Source of the DNA: Candidatus Saccharimonadota bacterium
GTDB taxonomy: Bacteria; Patescibacteriota; Saccharimonadia; Saccharimonadales; Saccharimonadaceae
DNA length: 64,000 nt
Assembly: GCA_017545595.1 (NCBI GenBank)
Contig: JAFWLO010000011.1
Location: 37,921 to 101,920 of the forward strand
Reading direction: 5' to 3'
The notes under the pieces: generated by a model
What the model was told of the DNA's origin: nothing
Seen by the model: only the letters and a program-made list of their open reading frames with translations
The model's database searches: none
Translations under genes and position numbers: made by a program
Part shown: piece by piece, positions 39,443 through 47,761 of the stretch
Layout of the letters: each line of letters starts with the position of its first letter
Numbering within the stretch: the stretch's first letter is position 1

Positions 39443-39519
39443 GGTTCCGTCGTCTAGTGGTCCAGGACGTCTGGTTCTCATCCAGAAAATCGCGGGTTCG
39501 ACTCCCGCCGGAATCACCA
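39443..39519 (+). tRNA. tRNA-Glu (anticodon CTC) with encoded CCA
   Basis: Acceptor stem GGTTCCG/CGGAATC, anticodon arm TCTGG-TTCTCAT-CCAGA, GGTTCGACTCC T-arm. Confidence 0.96.
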
Positions 39520-39688
39520 AACCTAGACAGATATAAAAGCCTCTATAGGGACTTTTTTTATTACATCTTAACAGTCCAAACAAATAGCCATTTTACCCTC
39601 GACCCCACAATAAAAACCCCTCAAGAACACCTTATCCCCTCATTATACCACACTTGACGAAAAAAGTCAAGTTTGCTATAATTTCCTC

Positions 39689-41011
39689 ATGAAATCTCTC
39701 CCTATCGTAGCGCTTATTGGCCAAACAAACGCCGGAAAATCCAGCCTTCTTAACCGCTTCGCGAAGAAGAATATCGCCATAGTCGCTCGCGAAGAGGGGA
39801 CAACCCGAGATAGTGTCTCTGCTAGAATCGACGAAAAATTCCTTTTAGTCGACACTGCCGGCCTTAAAAACCCCGAAGACTCCTTTGAAGCTTCTATCCA
39901 AGACCAAATTTCCGATGCAATCGCTTCTGCTGACCTCATCCTTCTAACCCTCGATTCCTCCCTCTACCCTTCAGAAAAAGACAAAAGAATTGCCAAACTT
40001 GCCCTAAAGTCCAAAAAACCAGTCTTTCTCGTCCTGAACAAATCCGACCTCGGTTCCTCTCTCGTCCCCGAAGAATTCCGCTCTCTCGGCATAAAACCCG
40101 AACAAACCTTCCAAACCTCCGCGACAACCGGCCGAGGCATCCATGAACTAAAATCTTCCATCGAGTCCTCCCTTCGAGAAGCAGGGAACTATCCTGTTTC
40201 GACCCCTCCAGAAAATCCTCCGCTCAAAATCGCCCTCATCGGCCGTCCAAACGTCGGAAAATCCAGTCTCTTTAACTCCCTCGGAAAAAAACAGCAAGCC
40301 ATTGTTAGCTCCCGTCAGGGAACGACTCGCGACATCAACCGCATCTCTCTCAAGTTCAAAGGAAAAAACCTAGAAATCCTCGACACGGCCGGTCTCAGAA
40401 AGCCAGGCCATCGTGAAGTTGGAATAGAAAAGTTTTCCGCAATCCGCACCCTTTCCGCAATCGAAGAATCCGACATTTGTGCACTTCTCGTCGATTCGAC
40501 CGAACCACATTCAAAACTCGACCAATCTCTCGCCGGAGAAATCATCAAAGCCGGAAAGGGAATTATCGTCGTTCTCACAAAAACCGACTTAATCGAAGAT
40601 TCCTCTGCTATCCTTGATCAGCTAGAAAACGACTTCAACTTCATTCCTTACGCTCCAGCTCTCCTAACCTCCTCAAAAACCGGAGAAAACGTCACAAAGC
40701 TCTTCGATCTCGCTCTAGAAATCGACAAAACTCGCCACCTAGAAATCAAAACTTCCGACCTCAACAAAATCCTCACCTCCGCCATTCTCGACCACACCCC
40801 CGCTGGCCTCAAAAACACCCGTCCTAAACCAAAATACATCGTCCAAACCGACACTTGCCCGCCTTGGTTTGTCGTCCACGGCCACAACCTCTCTCTCCTT
40901 CACTGGTCCTGGAAACGCTTTCTAGAAAATAAAATCCGCGAAGCTTATCCCTTTATTGGCACGCCAATCATGTTCTCTTTTCGGGAGGACAAACCCAAAG
41001 ACGGGGAATAA
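39689..41011 (+). CDS. der: Ribosome biogenesis GTPase Der (EngA)
   Basis: Two G domains (GQTNAGKS/DTAG and GRPNVGKS/DTAG) plus a KH-like C-terminus. Confidence 0.96.
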   Translation: MKSLPIVALIGQTNAGKSSLLNRFAKKNIAIVAREEGTTRDSVSARIDEKFLLVDTAGLKNPEDSFEASIQDQISDAIASADLILLTLDSSLYPSEKDKRIAKLALKSKKPVFLVLNKSDLGSSLVPEEFRSLGIKPEQTFQTSATTGRGIHELKSSIESSLREAGNYPVSTPPENPPLKIALIGRPNVGKSSLFNSLGKKQQAIVSSRQGTTRDINRISLKFKGKNLEILDTAGLRKPGHREVGIEKFSAIRTLSAIEESDICALLVDSTEPHSKLDQSLAGEIIKAGKGIIVVLTKTDLIEDSSAILDQLENDFNFIPYAPALLTSSKTGENVTKLFDLALEIDKTRHLEIKTSDLNKILTSAILDHTPAGLKNTRPKPKYIVQTDTCPPWFVVHGHNLSLLHWSWKRFLENKIREAYPFIGTPIMFSFREDKPKDGE

Positions 41012-41055
41012 CACTGTTTCTTAGCTACCCCCTCCTGTCCAATCATCCTCAAACA

Positions 41056-41083
41056 AAATAACCCCCGTTACGGGGGCTATTTT
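41056..41083. terminator. Bidirectional terminator
   Basis: CCCCCG-TTA-CGGGGG hairpin flanked by A and T tracts. Confidence 0.8.
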
Positions 41084-44000
41084 CTATATCTCTATCTTTC
41101 CGGTTCTCCTTCTTTTCTTTAGAACCGCGACTCCTCCCCCTAAAACTATGGCAACCCCAACAATAATTAGTGCAACCCCTCCTCCGTTTCTCGCCCCTCC
41201 ATTATCTTCGCTCGCTCTTCCACCCGTCTCTGGAGGCGCAACTTTCGTCCAAACCGTCTGCTCTGCATCATCTAGGTCTTTGTGCTCCGCAATCAACTTT
41301 TCTCCAACAGTATATTTCTCATTCTTCTCTGTCACCTTCTCGAAATACAACTCTTCAAACACTACAATATAAACCCCACCCGCATCCGTCGTATTTATAT
41401 TAAAATCAAGTTTAACCGTTCCCGACTCTCCCGTAGCGACAAACTTCATTTCCTTCTCGGTCTCACCTCCAGCAGGGAATTGCGCTATCTTTCCATCGTA
41501 TTTATTCATAAGTACCCCCTTAAGCGTGTAAGTTTCTCCAGGAACAAGCCCTTTATATTTCACTTCGTCTCTTATCGTGACGTCTGCGTTCACTTCAAGT
41601 TCCTTCTCCCCATCATTCTTATCCGTCGCGAGCGTCCCAATATTCGGGTCGAGCACGCTAATCGTCTGGCTTTCGTCCTCAATCTCCTCATGCTCCGTAA
41701 TAACTGTCGCTGATTCACTTCCATATTCACTCGCCTTATAAAGCCTCTCAAATACAACCAAATCTTTCCCAGCAAGATCAACGGTGTTTATCCCGAAATA
41801 CAGATAAACCATTCCGTCTTTTTCGGTCGTAACGCTCCCATCTCCCGTTATATCAGCCTCTCCAACAGTAAAGATCTTCGTCACAACAGCGTCCCCAACC
41901 TCAAAACATTCCTCGCCATCAGCACTACTTCCGCTCTCAAAACCGGTATTTTCACTATCCGAACTACTTCCACTCTCAGAATTATTCCCGCCAAACGGCT
42001 TCTCAACACACCTCTGCATTAATTGAACGACTTCCCCCGTCTTCTTATCCATAAGCCTCCCCTCCATCACATACTTCTCACCCATAGTTAGCCCCTCGTA
42101 TTTCACACCATCAATAATTACAACATTCCCGACTCCAACCTTATGGTCTCCATCCAAATAATCAACCGCCTCCGTCCCGATTCTCTCCCTAACCTTAATA
42201 TATTGACTATCGTCATTGATATCCTCATGAACCGCCGTCGGAACTTCCTCCTGTTCCCCTCGATATAACCTCTCAAACACAACAAGCTCCACTCCAGGAA
42301 GATCCGTTGCGTCAACCCCAAACTCCAGTTCAACCTCTCCGCTCCCGGTCTCACTGCTTATAAAAGTTTTCCTCACTGTAATCTTCTCCCCATTTATCTC
42401 AAGCGCCTCTCCCGTCTCCTTCACCATAACCGTCCCCACCATTGTATATTCCGTCCCTTTCATCAAATTTATATATTCGACAGTATCAACAATGGTCTGT
42501 TCCTTATCCGGAAAAATAATGTTATCCCCATCATTCTTATCCTTCGCAACAGTCCCAATCTTCGCTACCTTAATCTCCAGATTTTGCCCCTCATCATCCC
42601 AATCCTCATGCTTCGCAAGTTCTCGCCCGTCGCCATGCTTCTCTTCGTCTCTATAAAGCTTCTCAAACACTACAATCTTCTTCCCCTGAATCGTGGTAGT
42701 ATCAATATTAAACTCGACGACTACCTCCCCCGCGCCGCCAGTCTCAGCCTGAAAACTCTTACTTTCCGTCACGGTATTTCCGTTTATAACCAACTCACTC
42801 CGACTCTCCTTATCCATCAAAGTTCCAACAACTTTATACCATTCTCCCCCAACAAGCCCAGAATATCTAACAGTGTCTTTTACGGTAGTCTCGCCCACCG
42901 TAACTTTTCCACTCTCACTACTCTCATCTACTGCCTTTGTTCCAACCTCTGGATTAACTAGTGCAACAATCTGATCGGTATCATCTTGCTCTTCATGCTT
43001 AGCAATCTCTGTATCGCCCTTATAAAGCGCCTCATAAACCACCAAACTCACCTGTTCACCCCCAAGCGTATATAACCTTGTTGTATCGATATCAAACTCA
43101 ACCTCGACCTCACCACTCTCGTTCTCTGGAACAAACGACTTCTCTCCACTCGCAACAACGTTCAGACCATCATTTTTATTGCGCAAACTTCCCTTAACGG
43201 TATAAGTGTCCCCAGGAACCAATCCAGAATAAGCTATTGTATCGACAACCTTCGTATTTCCAATATTAAGTGTTTTTTCTCCACTTCCATCCCCGCCGTT
43301 TTTGGCGACGGTCCCAATCCCCGCACTTCTTATCCCAACGATTTGATTCGTATCGTTATCATCCTCATGTTTAGCAATTAACACATCTCCAGTATTATTG
43401 TATAAACTCTCATACACCACCAAGTTCGGATTCCCATTTACCAAATCTACAAGTTTGGTCGTATCAACATCAAATATCATTGGCGTCGAAGCAGTATCCC
43501 CACTCTCCCCGCTAGCGGTAAACTTCACGCTATTTTCTGCCAACACTTCCTTCGTATTCAAATTAACGAGTTTCCCCTTAAGTGTATAACTATTTCCACT
43601 CACGAGTCCACTATAACTCACAACATCCTTAACGCTCGTATTCCCCACGCTAAGAGTCTTCGTCTCGCCTCCCGCCCCATTATTCGTCGCAATAGTATGA
43701 ATCTCTACACTTTTTACCCCAACAACTTGATTGGTATCACTATCGTCCTTATGCTCCTTTATTAGTACTTCTCCTGTACTATCATACAAACTCTCATACA
43801 CAACCAAACTCGGATTTCCATTCTCCAAATCTACAAGCTTCGTAGTATCAACATCGAACGCCATCGGCGTCGCTGAAGTATCCCCGCTCTCCCCATTCGC
43901 AGTAAATTGAACAACCTTCTCGGCTACCGTCTCTTTTGTTTTTAAATTAATCAGTTGTCCCTTAAGTGTATAGGTATTCCCGCTAATGAGTCCACTATAG

Positions 44001-47000
44001 CTCACAACATCCTTAACACTCGTATTCCCAACACTGAGCGTCTTCGAATCACTTTCACCTCCATTACTCGTTGCAATTGTCCCGACTTCAGCCTCAACCA
44101 CCCCTACGGTTTGATTATTATCGGTCAAGTCATAATGCTCTGCGACGATTTTTCCAGTTGCATTTCTCAATGTCTCAACGACAACGAATTCAGTCCCAAC
44201 CGGATATTTACTCGTATCTAAGCTAAACTCAATATCAACTGTCCCGCTCGAAGCCTCCACGTTTACGGTTTTCGTCCCGCTCGCGACAACTTCCTCGGTA
44301 TTTTTAACTAACAACTTCCCTTCAAAAGTATATTTCTTCCCAGTTATTAATCCTGAATAAGTCACAGTGTCGCTGACTTTTGTTTTTCCGATATTAAGTC
44401 TCTTGTTTTCACTCCCAGCCCCACCATTCGTCGCAACGGTACTTAAAGTCGGCCCAACCACCCTCACGATTTGATTCTCGTCTGCCGAATCAACGTGGCT
44501 AGTCACAAGTGTATCTCCCGAATATAAATATTCATACACTACAAACTCACAAGGATTACTAGAAGTATAATCATAATAATTCGAACTATCAAACGAAAAC
44601 GTAATCGGATTCGCTGAAGTATCACCCGAACTTCCGCTCGCAGTAAAACTCGTGTTCGCCGTCCCAACAACAACTCCAGAGTTCTTCGCGATAAGTTCAG
44701 CCTTTAACTGATACGTTGACCCCTCCGACAATCCCACATAGCTCACGACATCTTTCACGGTCACTTCCCCCACATCAATAGCCTTGCTCGTCCCGTCTGC
44801 TCCTGTTGCAACCGTACTAATACTAACCGATTTCACATTCACCGTCTGCCCCGAATCAGTCAAATCTTTATGTGTAACAATCGGGTCAGAACTTCCCGCA
44901 GGATATAGTGTTTCATAAACAATTATTTTCTTCCCAATGTAAGAGCTTGTATCAACCTTAAACGTCATATTAACGGTGTGCGTCGCCCCTGCCTCCCCCT
45001 GATACGTAAAGCTATCTATAACCGAATTATCACCATTCGTAAGAGCAATTACATTCCCATATTCATCAACCAACTGCCCAACAAGATCATAAGACTCTCC
45101 CGGCACTAGCCCCTCAATCTCAACAGTATCAACCACACTAACTTTTCCTACATCAAGCGTTTTTCCTCCGCTCGAATTCGTCGCTGTTGTCCCAAGACTA
45201 ATATTTTTCACAGTCACAGTCTGCCCCGCATCTGTCAAATCGGTGTTATGTTCTTCAATCGTCACCCAACTTCCGTTATTACTCACCTCGAGCGTAGCCT
45301 TTACACTTAACGACTTCCCCCCAAGCCCCGTCGTGTCTATCCCGCTAAACACAATCTCAAAACTTGTATTTCCACTACTTGTCCATTCTTTCGTCTTCGT
45401 CGAGCCAATCGCCTCATTCTTACTCACGTCATAAAGCGTCGCCTTTAATCTATACGTCAAATCATTTGTTAACCCGCTAATGTTAAATACATCCGTCACG
45501 CTCTCGTTCGACGACAACCCAAGTTCCTTATTCGGGCTACTCGCAGAACTTTCACTATTTCTAGCCGTCGAACTTATTGTCGGACTATCCTTAAGTGTAT
45601 CTCTAAATGTCCCCGCATTAACAATAGTTCCGTCTTTATTCACAGTCACACTGAAATTACTAACTTTATTATAAGCGGCATTAGCGCTATTGCTAACCTC
45701 AACCACGGTATATGTTCCATACGGCAAATCATTCGCTCCGGTCGTTGCGACCCCATCGCTTCCTGTTTTTATAGTCTTCACAGTTGCGCCACTGCTGTCT
45801 TTTATTCTGAAAGAAACTCCACTAAATGCTGCATCGCTTCCGCCATACACCTGTTTCGTTTTAGTAAGCTTCAATCCACCCTTAATCACGGTATTAGTAA
45901 ACGGATCGTTGGTCAAATCTATGACCGCAGCACTCGAACTCGTAATCTTAAAACTCTTCTTAGTAGTCGTCTTCTTATATCCAGCCCCAGGAGTTATCTC
46001 CCAAACATAATACGTCCCCTCCTCGAACGGCCCAGCGCTTGCCGTCCCTTTACTATTTATTGTCATCGTCGCAATCGCTTCACTATCACTCGCCGAACTG
46101 CTCTCGAACACTCCAAACACTGCTCCCTGAATCTTCGCTTGTCCTTGTCCGGTCACGCTCCCCGTTTCTGAATCAATCTTCTTAATCTTAACTCCCCCCG
46201 TAGAGAGCTCCCTGTTAACAATAGACGCCTCATAGTATCCCCCAGTTGTATATTTCGCAGTATAGTGTTTCGTATCAATCTCGTATCCTTCCGGAGCAGA
46301 AACTTCATAATAAGTAAATTCCTTATTGAGCGGCACAGCAATCCAATCCGTCGAACCAGACATTGAAGGATATTCTGTCCCATTTATATTAAATACAACT
46401 TCCGGACCAGAAATAAGATCTCCGTTCGTATCAACCTTACTCAACTTAAAATATGCTCCAGGGGTAATCTCAACTTGCGTCCAGACAATATCCTGCGCCC
46501 CCGGTGTCACGGCAATATATCCACCCATCCCGTCAATTACATAAGTTCCTGTCTTAGCATAGTATCCTAAAATCGAATTAAGAAGTGCCTCAAATTTCGA
46601 CTCGTTATAAATTCCGTCATAAACCCCAGTATAAAGTCGCCCCACCAGAATATGTCCAACCAAAAACATCTTATCATCATCACTATATGAAGAAGGAATA
46701 TCCGAAGAAACCGCCGAAAGAAACGCATTAAAACTGCTGTATCCCCCAAAATCATAACCTTGAGCCTTCAAGTTATACGCAAAAGTTGAACTAGCAATAT
46801 TCGAGTAATCTCTATTTATATTAGTAAGAAGCAAAACGAGCATCATATTTTTAGCCTTTGTGGTACCAACAACATCCGAAAGTAACCTAACCGTTCCAGT
46901 CCCTCCCGCCGGAGAAGCTTTAGACGGCTCAGCACAGATGGCATATATTCCATCATCCATCACATCCGAACCATATCTTCTGGACATCTGTCCGTCGCCA

Positions 47001-47167
47001 TAAGAAACATAACTAGACTCAGCATAAATACTAATCTTATCCCCAACAACAACAGCCTTCGCAGATTCATGTTTCTTATTTACCGCAAAAAACAACCCGC
47101 CTCCAGCCAAAAGCAGAGCAAAAAGACAAATGAACATTCTTCTTAATGCTTTTTTGCCTAATTTCAT
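41084..47167 (-). CDS. Large surface adhesin: signal peptide, thioester-like domain, ~3 CnaB/SpaA-like domains, ~11 Thr-Gln ester-bond domains, LPXTG-like anchor
   Basis: YAICAEPS..GAQDIVW; KxD..Y.E..P.GY..N repeats; 11 H-x-D/E-x-x-D-x-x-Q-type motifs; APPETG, TM, KKRRR. Confidence 0.88.
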   Translation of the reverse strand: MKLGKKALRRMFICLFALLLAGGGLFFAVNKKHESAKAVVVGDKISIYAESSYVSYGDGQMSRRYGSDVMDDGIYAICAEPSKASPAGGTGTVRLLSDVVGTTKAKNMMLVLLLTNINRDYSNIASSTFAYNLKAQGYDFGGYSSFNAFLSAVSSDIPSSYSDDDKMFLVGHILVGRLYTGVYDGIYNESKFEALLNSILGYYAKTGTYVIDGMGGYIAVTPGAQDIVWTQVEITPGAYFKLSKVDTNGDLISGPEVVFNINGTEYPSMSGSTDWIAVPLNKEFTYYEVSAPEGYEIDTKHYTAKYTTGGYYEASIVNRELSTGGVKIKKIDSETGSVTGQGQAKIQGAVFGVFESSSASDSEAIATMTINSKGTASAGPFEEGTYYVWEITPGAGYKKTTTKKSFKITSSSAAVIDLTNDPFTNTVIKGGLKLTKTKQVYGGSDAAFSGVSFRIKDSSGATVKTIKTGSDGVATTGANDLPYGTYTVVEVSNSANAAYNKVSNFSVTVNKDGTIVNAGTFRDTLKDSPTISSTARNSESSASSPNKELGLSSNESVTDVFNISGLTNDLTYRLKATLYDVSKNEAIGSTKTKEWTSSGNTSFEIVFSGIDTTGLGGKSLSVKATLEVSNNGSWVTIEEHNTDLTDAGQTVTVKNISLGTTATNSSGGKTLDVGKVSVVDTVEIEGLVPGESYDLVGQLVDEYGNVIALTNGDNSVIDSFTYQGEAGATHTVNMTFKVDTSSYIGKKIIVYETLYPAGSSDPIVTHKDLTDSGQTVNVKSVSISTVATGADGTSKAIDVGEVTVKDVVSYVGLSEGSTYQLKAELIAKNSGVVVGTANTSFTASGSSGDTSANPITFSFDSSNYYDYTSSNPCEFVVYEYLYSGDTLVTSHVDSADENQIVRVVGPTLSTVATNGGAGSENKRLNIGKTKVSDTVTYSGLITGKKYTFEGKLLVKNTEEVVASGTKTVNVEASSGTVDIEFSLDTSKYPVGTEFVVVETLRNATGKIVAEHYDLTDNNQTVGVVEAEVGTIATSNGGESDSKTLSVGNTSVKDVVSYSGLISGNTYTLKGQLINLKTKETVAEKVVQFTANGESGDTSATPMAFDVDTTKLVDLENGNPSLVVYESLYDSTGEVLIKEHKDDSDTNQVVGVKSVEIHTIATNNGAGGETKTLSVGNTSVKDVVSYSGLVSGNSYTLKGKLVNLNTKEVLAENSVKFTASGESGDTASTPMIFDVDTTKLVDLVNGNPNLVVYESLYNNTGDVLIAKHEDDNDTNQIVGIRSAGIGTVAKNGGDGSGEKTLNIGNTKVVDTIAYSGLVPGDTYTVKGSLRNKNDGLNVVASGEKSFVPENESGEVEVEFDIDTTRLYTLGGEQVSLVVYEALYKGDTEIAKHEEQDDTDQIVALVNPEVGTKAVDESSESGKVTVGETTVKDTVRYSGLVGGEWYKVVGTLMDKESRSELVINGNTVTESKSFQAETGGAGEVVVEFNIDTTTIQGKKIVVFEKLYRDEEKHGDGRELAKHEDWDDEGQNLEIKVAKIGTVAKDKNDGDNIIFPDKEQTIVDTVEYINLMKGTEYTMVGTVMVKETGEALEINGEKITVRKTFISSETGSGEVELEFGVDATDLPGVELVVFERLYRGEQEEVPTAVHEDINDDSQYIKVRERIGTEAVDYLDGDHKVGVGNVVIIDGVKYEGLTMGEKYVMEGRLMDKKTGEVVQLMQRCVEKPFGGNNSESGSSSDSENTGFESGSSADGEECFEVGDAVVTKIFTVGEADITGDGSVTTEKDGMVYLYFGINTVDLAGKDLVVFERLYKASEYGSESATVITEHEEIEDESQTISVLDPNIGTLATDKNDGEKELEVNADVTIRDEVKYKGLVPGETYTLKGVLMNKYDGKIAQFPAGGETEKEMKFVATGESGTVKLDFNINTTDAGGVYIVVFEELYFEKVTEKNEKYTVGEKLIAEHKDLDDAEQTVWTKVAPPETGGRASEDNGGARNGGGVALIIVGVAIVLGGGVAVLKKRRRTGKIEI

Positions 47168-47244
47168 ACTATTTTAAGTTTAGTTCTTATGCTAGAAAAA
47201 TGCAAGCTCTTGAAATCTTAAAAACTTATATTATAATTTCAAAC

Positions 47245-47754
47245 ATGAAACTCATCGTCGGATTCGGAAATCCAGGGTCAGAATACAATTTTACTCGCCA
47301 CAATCTTGGTTTCTTAACTCTAGATTTTTATTTTAAACTAAAAAACTTAGAATGGGAACCTCACGAAAAATTCAACGCAATCTGGAAAAAAGCCGACGAT
47401 AGAATCTTTATAAAGCCTCAAACATTCTACAACAACATCGGAACCTCCGTTTCTAGTTTCAAAAACTTTTATAAAATAGATAATTCCGACATTCTCATTA
47501 TCTGTGACGATTTCAATCTAAAATTTGGCTCCAGTCGTTTCCGTGAACGCGGTTCCGCTGGCGGAAACAATGGCCTAAAATCCATTATAGAAAATCTAAA
47601 AACAGAAAACTTCCCCCGTCTCCGCCTTGGAACGGGGAACGACGAACTCCGTAAAAAAATCGGTGACGTCGATTTTGTTCTCTCTAAATTCACCGAATCA
47701 GAAAAATCCGCTCTCCCCGCGTTCCTTAAAGACGTCTGCGAAAATATGCTATAA
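47245..47754 (+). CDS. pth: Peptidyl-tRNA hydrolase (start moved to 47245)
   Basis: MKLIVGFGNPG..TRHNLG, KPQTFYN, GGNNGLKSI. Confidence 0.95.
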   Translation: MKLIVGFGNPGSEYNFTRHNLGFLTLDFYFKLKNLEWEPHEKFNAIWKKADDRIFIKPQTFYNNIGTSVSSFKNFYKIDNSDILIICDDFNLKFGSSRFRERGSAGGNNGLKSIIENLKTENFPRLRLGTGNDELRKKIGDVDFVLSKFTESEKSALPAFLKDVCENML

Positions 47755-47761
47755 TACCGTT

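Noticed and set aside
39443-47167. Genomic island integrated at tRNA-Glu carrying the adhesin
   Set aside because: No duplicated tRNA 3-prime end found, and the core gene der lies between the tRNA and the adhesin.
47146-47761. ORF-track starts for pth (47146) and topA (47627), likewise rpoC 22750, rplC 27248, rpsN 32979 and ftsI 61530
   Set aside because: They overlap neighbouring genes or promoters; family N-termini and SD or -10 spacing support the downstream ATGs.
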